Of a DNA stretch of 64,000 bases, positions 48,058-57,788 are shown piece after piece. Position numbers and translations under genes: made by a program. Source of the stretch: Patescibacteria group bacterium. Lineage in GTDB: Bacteria; Patescibacteriota; Microgenomatia; UBA10105; UBA927. The stretch lies in contig JAMCTH010000009.1 in assembly GCA_023379025.1 (NCBI GenBank), positions 213,318 to 277,317 on the forward strand. The letters are read 5' to 3'. Under the pieces are notes generated by a model. That model did no database searches. It was given only the letters and a program-made list of their open reading frames with translations, and was not told the origin of the DNA. Each line of letters starts with the position of its first letter. Position 1 is the first letter of the stretch.

Positions 48058-49119
48058 ATGATCCTTTCGACCCTCTCGCTTCAGAATTTCCGGAGTTATA
48101 CGAAGCGTTCGTTTGCCTTTACTCCCGGAGTTACGCTGATTGTTGGCCCCAATACTGCAGGAAAAACAAATATTCTTGAAGCAATCACCATGCTTGCCCT
48201 GGGAAGAAGTTTCCGTGCAGAGTACGACCGGGAAGTTGTCCGGTGGGGGCAGGAGATCGCACGGGTTAAAGGAACACCCGGCGATATGACGCTTGAGCTG
48301 GTAGTAACGGATGGAAGTGTCGGCGGAAACTCAGCCCCTGCAAAAAAATATACCGTCAACGGCATCGCCCGCCGGGCCGTCGATTTTGCCGGAAATCTCA
48401 GAGTCGTCCTTTTCTGGCCGGAGGATTTGGCGCTCGTAACCAACAGCCCGGGGCTCCGGCGCCGCTACCTCGACAGCGTTTTGATCCAGACGGACCGCGA
48501 GTACAGGAGGAATCTCCTCTCCTACGAACGCGGGCTCCGGCAGAGGAACCGTCTCCTTGCCGCCATCCGCGACGGGAAGGCAAACCGGCGTGAACTCCTG
48601 TTTTGGGACCAGCTCCTTATCCGCGCCGGTTCGTTTCTTACCGACGCGAGGGCGGGGTACATCGATGCCATAAACAAATATTCCATTCCTGAAGCGGATT
48701 TTTCCGCGGTGTATGACAAAAGTGTCATATCGGAGGCGCGCCTAGCCCTATACCGGGAAGAGGAAGTTGCGGCTAAAGTGACGCTTGTCGGCCCCCACCG
48801 CGATGATTTTACCGTTTTGATCCGCTACAACGGGAGCGTGTCTCGCCGAACGGGCGAACGGGCCCTTGGCCGGTTCGGGAGCCGCGGCGAGCAGCGGCTC
48901 GGCGTTCTCTGGCTCAAGCTTGCGGAACTCTCCTATATCGAAACCGTCTGCGGTGAGAGACCGCTCCTCCTTCTGGATGATATTTTTTCCGAACTTGACG
49001 AGAGCCATCGCACCCTTGTCCTCGAGCTTATCGGCCGCCAGCAAGCCATCGTAACATCGGCGGAACCGAGTATAATAGAACGGCTTCATCAGGGCGATGC
49101 GGCGACTATTCGATTATGA
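48058..49119 (+). CDS. recF: DNA replication/repair protein RecF
   Basis: NFRSY, GPNTAGKTN, RRRYLD, GPHRDD, SRGEQR and LLDDIFSELD motifs. Confidence 0.93.
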   Translation: MILSTLSLQNFRSYTKRSFAFTPGVTLIVGPNTAGKTNILEAITMLALGRSFRAEYDREVVRWGQEIARVKGTPGDMTLELVVTDGSVGGNSAPAKKYTVNGIARRAVDFAGNLRVVLFWPEDLALVTNSPGLRRRYLDSVLIQTDREYRRNLLSYERGLRQRNRLLAAIRDGKANRRELLFWDQLLIRAGSFLTDARAGYIDAINKYSIPEADFSAVYDKSVISEARLALYREEEVAAKVTLVGPHRDDFTVLIRYNGSVSRRTGERALGRFGSRGEQRLGVLWLKLAELSYIETVCGERPLLLLDDIFSELDESHRTLVLELIGRQQAIVTSAEPSIIERLHQGDAATIRL

Positions 49120-50066
49120 CGAGCGATACAAAAACGGGTAAGGAAGCCTGTATGAATCCGGTCACCCTCAAAGATCTTGAGCGGCTGTATGTGCCGCCCC
49201 ACAGCTCCCACAAAGGGCAGAACGGCAGGCTTCTTATCATCGGCGGCAGCAGTCTCTTTCATGCGGCAAGCCTGTGGGCCCTGGAAGTAGCAAGCAGGAT
49301 TGTGGATCTCGTTCATTATTCTTCAACACCGGAAAACAATGAGCTGGTCATGGATATCAAAAAAGAATTCCGTGACGGAATCGTGATACCCCGAAGCGAC
49401 CTCGATGCCTATATCGAGGAAGATGACGTGATTCTTATCGGGTTGGGCATGACCCGAGATGATGAAACCGAGTCTTTAACCAATACGGTATTGAGGAAAT
49501 ATCCTCAAAAACAATGGGTGATTGATGCCGGAGCGCTCCAGATGATGGACAATACTCTGATTCCTAAAAATGCCATTCTGACGCCGCATCAGGGAGAATT
49601 TGAAAGCCTCATTAAACGCGATGCTGAGGTCGCCGGAATAAATTTTGATTCGTCTTCAGAGGCCACTCGAAAGGTCGACCTGAGTCCAAATGATAGTCGG
49701 GTCGAAGACGAACAAAGTTTTTCAGGCTCGCCGCATCGGCTAACGGATAAGGTCAAGCTATTTTCGGAGAAATATCATTGTATAGTTCTCCTTAAGGGCC
49801 AACAGGATATTGCCTGCGACGGAGAAGGGCACTGCCGCGGCATTGCAGGGGGCAATGCCGGGATGACGAAAGGAGGTACGGGGGATGTCCTGGCAGGGCT
49901 CATCGCCGCACTGGCCTGTAAAAACGAACCGTTCCTGGCAACCATTGCCGGAAGCTACATCAACAAAAAGGCGGGTGACGAACTCTCCAGGACCGTGGGG
50001 CCGTATTTTAATGCAAGCGATCTGGCCGCAGAAATTCCCCGGGTCATGCACTCACTTCTTCCCTAG
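49116..50066 (+). CDS. nnrD: ADP-dependent NAD(P)HX dehydratase
   Basis: HKGQNGRLLIIGGS, VIDAGAL, LTPHQGEF and GGTGDVLAG motifs. Confidence 0.88.
   Translation: MTSDTKTGKEACMNPVTLKDLERLYVPPHSSHKGQNGRLLIIGGSSLFHAASLWALEVASRIVDLVHYSSTPENNELVMDIKKEFRDGIVIPRSDLDAYIEEDDVILIGLGMTRDDETESLTNTVLRKYPQKQWVIDAGALQMMDNTLIPKNAILTPHQGEFESLIKRDAEVAGINFDSSSEATRKVDLSPNDSRVEDEQSFSGSPHRLTDKVKLFSEKYHCIVLLKGQQDIACDGEGHCRGIAGGNAGMTKGGTGDVLAGLIAALACKNEPFLATIAGSYINKKAGDELSRTVGPYFNASDLAAEIPRVMHSLLP
49619..49738. repeat. 120-bp structured palindromic element inserted in frame in nnrD
   Basis: Nested arms cgatgc/gcatcg, ttcgtcttc/gaagacgaa and tcgacctga/tcgggtcga. Confidence 0.7.
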
Positions 50067-50315
50067 TTTTTCCACGAGCGTGGTCAGCTGGTAGGTGACC
50101 GTTACGGCAAGGATTGTGACCAGGACGGCATAGAGGAAGAGAGACAGGATACCGCTTCCCTTCGGGAGATACGGCTTAATATATGTATTGACGAATTCCT
50201 GGATGACGCTGTTCCACGCGAGGGCCGCAACCAGCCCGAAGCCGGCAGTCGAGAGTGTTACCATCTGCCGGACGATTGCAAGTCTCAGGTTTTCCGTTTG
50301 CTTTTTTTGTTCCAT
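50052..50315 (-). CDS. DUF5654-like small membrane protein
   Basis: TAGFGLVAALAWNSVIQ...LFLYAVLVTILAV. Confidence 0.8.
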   Translation of the reverse strand: MEQKKQTENLRLAIVRQMVTLSTAGFGLVAALAWNSVIQEFVNTYIKPYLPKGSGILSLFLYAVLVTILAVTVTYQLTTLVEKLGKK

Positions 50316-50416
50316 GCGGGTATTATACAGGAAATAAAAAACGGCTGCATGGTCAGATGGTTCCATGGCTAAGAAAAGAATTTTTGACCAGAAAGCCCTA
50401 TCCCTATCTGTCCCCC

Positions 50417-51457
50417 ATGTACTCACCCACTTTTTCCATTACCAACAAGCTTCTTAAGAGTATCGGCACGATAGAGGCGGCCAAAGAAGTGATTGAGAAT
50501 GCGCCGCTTGTCCCGGCATGGGAGGCAAAATTCCGTGAGGATGCGCTCGTCCGGACCGTGCATCACGGTACCCACATTGAGGGCAACGAACTCAATATCA
50601 CGGAGGCGGGGAAGGTTTTAGCCGGGGCTAAAATCGTCGGCCGGGACCGCGACATCCAGGAAGTATTAAATTACCGCAATGTCCTCAAGTTCATTGAAGG
50701 GTTTGACAAACCGGAGATATCCGATGAGGGTATTAAACATATCCACGAGCTGACGGCATACCGGATTCTTCCCGAAGAGACGGTCGGGGAGTACCGGAAG
50801 AGCCAGGTGGTCGTCAAGAACAGCCAAACCGGCGAGGTGACGTTCCGTCCGCCGCCGGCGCTTGAGGTGCCGTTTCTCGTTACGGCGTTCCTTACCTGGC
50901 TGAATAGCGCTTCAGGCGAGACCCATACGGCCATCAAAGCCGGTGTTGCCCACTATGAACTCGTCCGTATCCATCCGTTCCTTGACGGCAACGGCAGGGT
51001 CGCCCGGGCGGTTGCGACGGTCATCCTTTTCCGCGGCGGGTACGATATCAAACGGTTTTTTTCGCTTGAGGAGTACTATGACCGGGAGCCTCTCAGGTAT
51101 TACGAAGCGCTTCAGAGTGTTGCCAGGGCGGAAGGCAACCTGACCGCGTGGCTTGAATACTTTACGGAGGGTCTTGCAATTGAACTCACGCGCATCAAAG
51201 AGAAAGTCAAAACACTTTCAACCGATCTGAAGATCAAGAAATCCTTCGGCGGCCAGCAAATGGCACTGACCGAGCGGCAGATCAAAATAGTCGAGTTTAT
51301 TCAGGAAAACGGCTTCCTCCAAAACAAGGCGTTTTTTGAGCTGTTTCCGATGATCTCCGAGGATACGGTACTGCGGGAATTGAAGGACCTTCTCGAAAAG
51401 GGTATAGTGAAGAAAGAGGGGACGACCAAAGGAGCGCGGTACGTACTGAAAAACTAA
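50417..51457 (+). CDS. Fic family protein with C-terminal wHTH
   Basis: HPFLDGNGRVAR; THIEGN; C-terminal SEDTVLRELKDL. Confidence 0.92.
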   Translation: MYSPTFSITNKLLKSIGTIEAAKEVIENAPLVPAWEAKFREDALVRTVHHGTHIEGNELNITEAGKVLAGAKIVGRDRDIQEVLNYRNVLKFIEGFDKPEISDEGIKHIHELTAYRILPEETVGEYRKSQVVVKNSQTGEVTFRPPPALEVPFLVTAFLTWLNSASGETHTAIKAGVAHYELVRIHPFLDGNGRVARAVATVILFRGGYDIKRFFSLEEYYDREPLRYYEALQSVARAEGNLTAWLEYFTEGLAIELTRIKEKVKTLSTDLKIKKSFGGQQMALTERQIKIVEFIQENGFLQNKAFFELFPMISEDTVLRELKDLLEKGIVKKEGTTKGARYVLKN

Positions 51458-51489
51458 ATTTTTGCTGTTTGATTGGTAAATTTCCGTAT

Positions 51490-51675
51490 ATGTCTCTGTC
51501 CGGACCGGGTATTACCTATATCCTTCTCGTCATCCCGACGCTTTTTGCGCTCGTTGTCATCGGTCAGGGCATTTCCAAAGTATTGAAGGCAGAAGAAGAC
51601 GGGCCGCTTGTGACGGGTTTCGGTACCGTCTTTTTGGTATTCATTGCGGCAGCCTACTGGTTCTTCATACGCTGA
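51490..51675 (+). CDS. Small 2-TM membrane protein
   Basis: Two hydrophobic helices. Confidence 0.6.
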   Translation: MSLSGPGITYILLVIPTLFALVVIGQGISKVLKAEEDGPLVTGFGTVFLVFIAAAYWFFIR

Positions 51676-51778
51676 TACGGAAGACAGGAATACACGAGGA
51701 GCGAATAATGAAATAAAGAACTGACGTTAATACGGCATTCTGTATCGCAGTATTCCTTTAGTTCTTATTCTCTGATTG
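51676..51778. repeat. Periodic repeat with inverted arms
   Basis: ggaatac...gaataatgaaataaagaact versus gtattcc...agttcttattc; shares cgcagtatt with 25331-25380. Confidence 0.55.
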
Positions 51779-51781
51779 GTC

Positions 51782-53527
51782 ATGACTTTCTCGTCGCTTT
51801 CCCATTATTTTCAGAAACTTGAACAGACAGCCTCAAGAAACACCATGACCATGCTCCTCGCGGAGCTCTTTCATAAAGCAGGCAGGGACGAAATCGGGAA
51901 AATTTGTTTCCTCCTTCAGGGACGGGTTGTACCCCTCTATGACGCGCTTGAGTTTGGCGTTGCTGATAAGCTCGTGACACGCGCTATTGCGCAGGCATAT
52001 CAGGTTGCGGAATCGAAAGTAGCCGCTCAGATAAAGCATGTCGGAGACGCCGGAATAGCGGCCGAACAATGTTATCATGTTCTAGAACAGGATAACAGGA
52101 ATACCATCTCCGTAGGAGAGGTATTTCAGCAGCTGTATCAGACCGCCCGGGCGTCCGGTATCGGCTCTCAGGAGCAAAAGATCACGTTATTGGCTGGGCT
52201 CCTCCGCTCAATCGACGCGCTTTCTGCACGGTACATCGCACGGATTCCTCTGGATAAACTGCGCCTCGGGTTTTCGGATATGACCATTCTTGATGCGCTT
52301 TCGTGGATGCTTACGGGAGATAAATCGCTTCGGGTCCGTCTTGAAGAAGCCTATAATGTCCGGCCGGATATCGGGTATATCGCGGAATCGGTAAAAAAAG
52401 ACGGTATCCACGGACTCTCCCATGTCTCGGTACGCGTGGGCGCTCCTATTCTTGCCGCCCTTTGCCAGCGGCTTCCGCATGCGGATGAGATGATTAAGAA
52501 AATGGGCGAAGTTGCCGTTGAACCGAAATATGACGGCGTGCGGACGCAAATTCATGTTCAGAGGCAGGACAACGGCAGGCTCCGTGTACAGAGTTTTTCA
52601 AGAAATCTGGAAAATACAACGGCGATGTTCCCGGAACTTACCCATATTGGCGCTCAGATTCACGCCCGCGAGGTGATTCTGGACAGTGAAGCAGTGGGTG
52701 TGGATCCGAAAAGCGGCAAACTGATCCCGTTTCAGGAAACGATGACCAGAAAACGCAAGCACGGGATTGATGTGCAAAGCAGAAGCGTACCGATCCGATT
52801 TTTCGTTTTCGACATCCTCTATAAGGACGGGGAAGCATTGCTGGCAGCCCCTCTGTCCGAGCGACGGAAGATTCTTGAGGCTACCGTCGGAACGGGGAAT
52901 ATTCTGGTCGTTTCGCCGGAGATTGTGGCAGAGACGGCTGAAGAAATCAGAACGTATCACGATGAACAGCTGAAAAGGGGGCTTGAAGGGGCAGTCGTCA
53001 AAAAATGGAACAGTCCCTATGAGCCGGGGAGGCGGGGATTCAGTTGGGTGAAATTTAAGGAAGAGGAAGGACATACGGGGAAACTGACCGATACCATTGA
53101 TGCCGTGGTCATGGGGTACTATCGCGGAGAAGGAAAGAGGAGCGGATTTGGAATTGGGGCATTCCTGGTTGGCGTACGACAGAATGAATCCTTTGTAACG
53201 ATAACAAAAATTGGTACCGGCGTCTCGGATGCATTGTGGAAATTGTTGAGAGAACGGCTCAACGCAATTAAAACGAACCGTCAGCCAAAAGCATATAGCC
53301 AGGTCAATAAACTTTTTACCCCGGACGTCTGGGTTGAGCCGAACATTGTGGTTGAGATTGCAGGGGACGACCTGACGAAGTCCTCCAACCACGGGGCGGG
53401 GATCGCCGTCCGCTTCCCGCGCCTTGTCCGCATACGGACGGACAAAACGCCCCGCGAGGCGACCACGACCGGTGAACTCAATCAGATGTACCGCAAGCAG
53501 GGAGCCGGCGCCCGGCGTGGGGTATAA
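51782..53527 (+). CDS. ATP-dependent DNA ligase
   Basis: EPKYDGVR, FDIL, EGAVVK, WVKFK and VRFPR motifs; N-terminal DNA-binding domain. Confidence 0.95.
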   Translation: MTFSSLSHYFQKLEQTASRNTMTMLLAELFHKAGRDEIGKICFLLQGRVVPLYDALEFGVADKLVTRAIAQAYQVAESKVAAQIKHVGDAGIAAEQCYHVLEQDNRNTISVGEVFQQLYQTARASGIGSQEQKITLLAGLLRSIDALSARYIARIPLDKLRLGFSDMTILDALSWMLTGDKSLRVRLEEAYNVRPDIGYIAESVKKDGIHGLSHVSVRVGAPILAALCQRLPHADEMIKKMGEVAVEPKYDGVRTQIHVQRQDNGRLRVQSFSRNLENTTAMFPELTHIGAQIHAREVILDSEAVGVDPKSGKLIPFQETMTRKRKHGIDVQSRSVPIRFFVFDILYKDGEALLAAPLSERRKILEATVGTGNILVVSPEIVAETAEEIRTYHDEQLKRGLEGAVVKKWNSPYEPGRRGFSWVKFKEEEGHTGKLTDTIDAVVMGYYRGEGKRSGFGIGAFLVGVRQNESFVTITKIGTGVSDALWKLLRERLNAIKTNRQPKAYSQVNKLFTPDVWVEPNIVVEIAGDDLTKSSNHGAGIAVRFPRLVRIRTDKTPREATTTGELNQMYRKQGAGARRGV

Positions 53528-53537
53528 TAAGGGGCAC

Positions 53538-54374
53538 ATGGAAGCGCCCAGATATTCTGTGATTATTCCGGCTTTAAACGAAGAACGATTCCTCCCGACA
53601 TTACTCGCGTCTCTTGCCATCCAGCATGAGCGTGATTTTGAGGTCGTGGTTGTTGATGGGCATTCGCGGGATCGGACGGTTGCGGTCGCGAGAAGTTTTA
53701 CCGGAAAGCTTCCGTCTCTGTCGGTTCTCGAGAGTCCCAGAGCATCACTTCCTCTCCAGCGGAATATCGGTGCAGAGCGAAGCAGGGGAGCGTGGCTTGT
53801 GTTTGCCGATGCGGACAGTGTCTTTCTGCCGTATTTTCTTGAACGCATCCGTTCATACATAGACACCGAACACCCTGTGCTTTTCACTACCTGGTTCAGA
53901 CCCGACAGCGAAGTGGGCAGTGATGCGGTGCTGACCCTTCTCGGAAATCTCTTTGTGGAAGGGTCGATCCTTTTTAAACGGCAGCTGTCGCCGGGGCCGC
54001 TCACGATCGTGACGCGCGAAGCGTTCGGCCGGGTGGGCGGATATGATGAACGGCTGAGCTTCGGAGAAGACTTTGACTTTGCGCAGCGTCTGGCCGGGGA
54101 AAAAATTCCTATGACCATGCTCCGGGAGACGCTCTACATCTGGTCGATGCGCCGCATCAGAAAAGAGGGAAAACTCCGCATGCTCCAGTTTTACGCAAAA
54201 GTTTCCCTCCGCGCGCTCCTCATGAAAAAGCCGCCGAAAGATGTTCCGGACTATATTATGGGCGGTCAGCTTTACCGGAAAGGGTACCGGAAGCCCAAAA
54301 AGACTTCAGCGCTGAAAAAAGCGGAAAAGAACGTCCAGAAACTGGTGGAAGAAATCATCGGAAAAGACGTATGA
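53538..54374 (+). CDS. Glycosyltransferase family 2
   Basis: SVIIPALNEE, DAD and GED motifs. Confidence 0.9.
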   Translation: MEAPRYSVIIPALNEERFLPTLLASLAIQHERDFEVVVVDGHSRDRTVAVARSFTGKLPSLSVLESPRASLPLQRNIGAERSRGAWLVFADADSVFLPYFLERIRSYIDTEHPVLFTTWFRPDSEVGSDAVLTLLGNLFVEGSILFKRQLSPGPLTIVTREAFGRVGGYDERLSFGEDFDFAQRLAGEKIPMTMLRETLYIWSMRRIRKEGKLRMLQFYAKVSLRALLMKKPPKDVPDYIMGGQLYRKGYRKPKKTSALKKAEKNVQKLVEEIIGKDV

Positions 54375-55198
54375 ACAGACAAAAGCCTATCTTGTATTCG
54401 GTCATCATACCGACCCTCAATGAAGAGCGCTATATCGGCGCGTTGCTCCGGTCCCTCGCGGAACAGACGGAGAAGCATTTTGAAGTCATCGTCGTGGATG
54501 CACATTCAAAAGACGGGACGCGGGACGTTGTTGCATCATTTGGTACAAAACTCCCGTCTCTTCAGATTCTCAAAAGCGAAAAGCGGCTTATTGCAGAACA
54601 GCGCAATATCGGGGCGGCATCCGCCCGGTATGACTGGCTTGTGTTCGTCGATGCCGACAGCGTGCTCCTCCCGTATTTTTTTGAGCGGCTTTCCCTTTAC
54701 CTTGCGCATCACCGTGTTGCGGCCCTGACTACCTGGTTTAGCCCGGACAGCGAAATCCGCAAAGATGCGCTCCTGACGCTTTTTGCCAACGTGACGATCG
54801 AATCATCCGTCATGCTCAGCCGTCCGCTTGCGCCGGGGCCGCTGACGATTGTCACAAAAGCGGCACATACCAAAATCGGCGGCTACGACGGGGGGTACCG
54901 GAACGGCGAGGATGTGGATTACGGAAGGCGGTTGTTTGACAGGGGCATACCGCTCCACGTCCTGCGGGAAACCCTCTATATATGGTCATTACGGAGGTTC
55001 CGGAGGGAAGGAACGCTCCGGATGCTGGAGCGGTTTTCCGTCACGGCGCTTCTTGTGCTTGTCACCAAGAAGCCGCAGCGGTATATATCAGGCTATGATC
55101 TTGGCGGGGCACTTTACTCCCTTAAGAAATCCTCGCGGCTTTCTTTTATCCGTAAATACGAACGGCGTCTCAGGAAGCTTATGAAAGAATTCGTATAA
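54371..55198 (+). CDS. Glycosyltransferase family 2 (tandem paralog)
   Basis: SVIIPTLNEE, DAD and GED; shares PDSE, PGPLTIVT and LRETLYIWS with the upstream gene. Confidence 0.9.
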   Translation: MNRQKPILYSVIIPTLNEERYIGALLRSLAEQTEKHFEVIVVDAHSKDGTRDVVASFGTKLPSLQILKSEKRLIAEQRNIGAASARYDWLVFVDADSVLLPYFFERLSLYLAHHRVAALTTWFSPDSEIRKDALLTLFANVTIESSVMLSRPLAPGPLTIVTKAAHTKIGGYDGGYRNGEDVDYGRRLFDRGIPLHVLRETLYIWSLRRFRREGTLRMLERFSVTALLVLVTKKPQRYISGYDLGGALYSLKKSSRLSFIRKYERRLRKLMKEFV

Positions 55199-55202
55199 TA
55201 CT

Positions 55203-56615
55203 ATGCAGAGCATTGCCGATCTCCAGCTGCACTCCCGTTTTTCCCGGGCCGTATCAAAAGAGATGACGATTCCGAATATTGCCGCCTGGGCAGCCCGGAA
55301 GGGGATAGACCTCGTTGCTACCGGTGATTGGACGCACCCGCTGTGGTTTCGGGAGATTCAGGAAAATCTTGAAGAGACAGGGAACGGGTTATTGAGATTA
55401 CGAAAGCAGAAATTAGATAATGGAAATCAGAAATTGGTAATAGAAGATAGAAATTTGAATTTAGAGAATAAACCAATTTCCAATTTCAATCAACCTATCT
55501 CTCCTTTTTTTCTTCTTGCGACCGAAGTTTCCAGTATCTACTCCCAGGGCGGGAAACTCCGGCGCGTTCATACGCTCATTTGGGTGCCATCCTTATCGTC
55601 TGCCGGAAAAATCAGCCAGGAGATGACGAAACGGGGCTGCAACCTGCTGAGCGACGGCAGGCCGATCGTCGGGCTTACCTGTCTAGAGATAGCAGAGCTG
55701 GTGTTTACGATAGAACCGAAGGCGCTCATTATCCCCGCCCATGCATGGACACCCTGGTTTAGCGTGTACGGAAGTCTTGGGGGATTTGACCGTCTCGAAG
55801 AGGCGTTCGGACCGTTTGCAAAATATATCTATGCCGTTGAGACGGGCTTATCAAGTAATCCTGCTATGAATTGGCGGATTAAAGAACTGGATGACCGGTC
55901 GATTGTCTCTTTTTCTGATGCGCACTCCGGCCCAAAAATCGGAAGGGAAGCAACGGTATTTGAGATGCCGTCCGGTGCAGTGAGCTATGAAACGGTGTAC
56001 CAGGCGATTAAATGCTCTCCGCATGCAAAAATTGCCTATACGCTTGAGTTTTATCCGGAGGAGGGGAAATACCATTACACCGGCCACCGGGCCTGCGGTA
56101 TCCGGTGGAGTCCGGCGGAGACGAAACAAAAAGGGACGACCTGTCCGGTTTGCGGTAAGCCGCTCACACAGGGTGTGATGCAGCGCATTGAGGAGCTTGC
56201 CGGACGAAGCGAAGAAGATTTAAAGCTTGAGGCAGTTACGCTTCCTGATGTGAAAGCAACCGCTACCGGCAGCAACGCCTTTCCTCATCGACCGCCGTTT
56301 GTCATGCTGGTGCCGCTTCAGGAAATTATTGCTGAAGCGGTCGGGTCACCGGTAACAAGTCCAAAAGTCCAAACCCCTTACAGACAGCTGACAGAGGCTC
56401 TGGGTGGTGAGTTTACGGTCCTCCTCCGTTCTGATATCAAAGACATTGAACGGGTTGCCGGCGCACGGATTGCCGCCGGGGTCGATAAGGTGCGGCGCGG
56501 GGATATCGTTATAGACCCGGGATATGACGGAGTATTCGGGGTCGTCAGGATATGGCGGGACGGGGAAGAAAAACCTCTGCTTGACGCATCCAGAGAACAG
56601 CTTTCCATATTCTGA
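55203..56615 (+). CDS. PHP-domain endonuclease Q family protein
   Basis: LHSRFS, TGDWTHP, PAHAWTP, ETGLS, SDAHS, GKYHYTGHRAC..CPVCG and PGYDG motifs. Confidence 0.87.
   Translation: MQSIADLQLHSRFSRAVSKEMTIPNIAAWAARKGIDLVATGDWTHPLWFREIQENLEETGNGLLRLRKQKLDNGNQKLVIEDRNLNLENKPISNFNQPISPFFLLATEVSSIYSQGGKLRRVHTLIWVPSLSSAGKISQEMTKRGCNLLSDGRPIVGLTCLEIAELVFTIEPKALIIPAHAWTPWFSVYGSLGGFDRLEEAFGPFAKYIYAVETGLSSNPAMNWRIKELDDRSIVSFSDAHSGPKIGREATVFEMPSGAVSYETVYQAIKCSPHAKIAYTLEFYPEEGKYHYTGHRACGIRWSPAETKQKGTTCPVCGKPLTQGVMQRIEELAGRSEEDLKLEAVTLPDVKATATGSNAFPHRPPFVMLVPLQEIIAEAVGSPVTSPKVQTPYRQLTEALGGEFTVLLRSDIKDIERVAGARIAAGVDKVRRGDIVIDPGYDGVFGVVRIWRDGEEKPLLDASREQLSIF
55408..55504. repeat. Heptamer (RGAAATT-like) element with inverted arm, in frame in EndoQ
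   Basis: agaaatt agataat ggaaatc agaaatt ... aatttcc aatttca atcaacc. Confidence 0.8.
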
Positions 56616-56714
56616 TTGTTCTATTGACGGGCAATTTATAGCCATGATATGGTGAGTACAGAGATACTCTTTCGTACGCGAGGCACAGCGGAGGAGGAGA
56701 GGAGGTGATCGGAC

Positions 56715-57044
56715 ATGGCAGAAGCAAAAGGAAACGAAAACCTGATGGCAGCGGCAGCGTATTTGTTGGGTTTTGTGACCGGCATCATCATTCTTCTTAT
56801 CGAGAAACAGAGTAAATTTGTACGCTTTCATGCAATGCAGTCGACCATTCTGTTCGGCGGCATATTCGTTGCAAATATCGTTTTGGGATTCATACCGATT
56901 CTCGGATGGATCGTCGGGCTGGTCTTGTCGCTTGTTGCATTTATTCTCTGGATCGTCCTCATGTGGAAAGCATTCCAGGGAGAGATGTATAAAGTGCCCT
57001 ACGTGGGAGACATGGCGGCACAGCAGCTGGCAAAGATGAAATAA
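56715..57044 (+). CDS. DUF4870-like membrane protein
   Basis: AAAYLLG...FVRFHAMQS...KAFQGEMYKVP; strong SD. Confidence 0.85.
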   Translation: MAEAKGNENLMAAAAYLLGFVTGIIILLIEKQSKFVRFHAMQSTILFGGIFVANIVLGFIPILGWIVGLVLSLVAFILWIVLMWKAFQGEMYKVPYVGDMAAQQLAKMK

Positions 57045-57120
57045 GCCGGGTCATCATGTTCGGCATGATGGACGCTGATTTTGTTGTGCTACTCTGGCGC
57101 TATGAGGGGGTGCTGCAGTG

Positions 57121-57768
57121 ATGTTCGAAAATCGTATCGAAGCCGGCTTCTTGCTTTCACAGAACTTATCTCCTGTTAGTTCTCCGCTCGGTCTCATTTT
57201 GGGAGTGACGCGCGGCGGTGTTGTTGTTGCTGCGGAAGTAGCCCGGCGGTTACGGTTGCCGCTTGATATAGTAGTCGTGAAAAAACTCGGGGTACCGGGC
57301 GAACCGGAATTGGCGTTCGGCGCCGTGGCACCGGATGGCATCTTTTGGGTGGACCGGGATATGGTCAGGGAAAGACACCTCAATGAAGCTTCTGTTGCCC
57401 ATATGATCGGAACGCTCGGCCGCGAGGCAGCGCGTGCGATGCGTCGCTACAGGCACGGCATGACGTTTGCCGATATGCCGGGGAGGGATGTGAGCCTTGT
57501 GGACGACGGGGCGGCAACAGGCGCAACGCTTACCGCGGCAGTGCTTTGGGTGAGAAAGCAACGGCCTGCGTCCGTCTCTCTTGGAATACCCGTCGCCTCG
57601 AAAGATGCAGCAACGGCGCTCCATCAGTGCAGTGACCGGGCCGTTATCCTCGACGTACCGGATGACTTCCGTGCCGTCGGACAATTTTATCGATCATTTC
57701 CGCAGGTTCAGGATCAGGACGTGATAGCATTGGTCAAACAGTATCATGCGCCGGCAGCAGCGGGATAA
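57121..57768 (+). CDS. Phosphoribosyltransferase family protein
   Basis: FENRIEAG, RGGVVVA, LVDDGAATG and AVGQFY motifs. Confidence 0.85.
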   Translation: MFENRIEAGFLLSQNLSPVSSPLGLILGVTRGGVVVAAEVARRLRLPLDIVVVKKLGVPGEPELAFGAVAPDGIFWVDRDMVRERHLNEASVAHMIGTLGREAARAMRRYRHGMTFADMPGRDVSLVDDGAATGATLTAAVLWVRKQRPASVSLGIPVASKDAATALHQCSDRAVILDVPDDFRAVGQFYRSFPQVQDQDVIALVKQYHAPAAAG

Positions 57769-57788
57769 TCGTTTTTTCCAGAACAGCT

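Noticed and set aside
52598-54118. 506-aa minus-strand ORF (likewise 8657-9739, 33257-34366, 35257-36234)
   Set aside because: Antisense to well-supported genes; expected from GC-rich codon bias.
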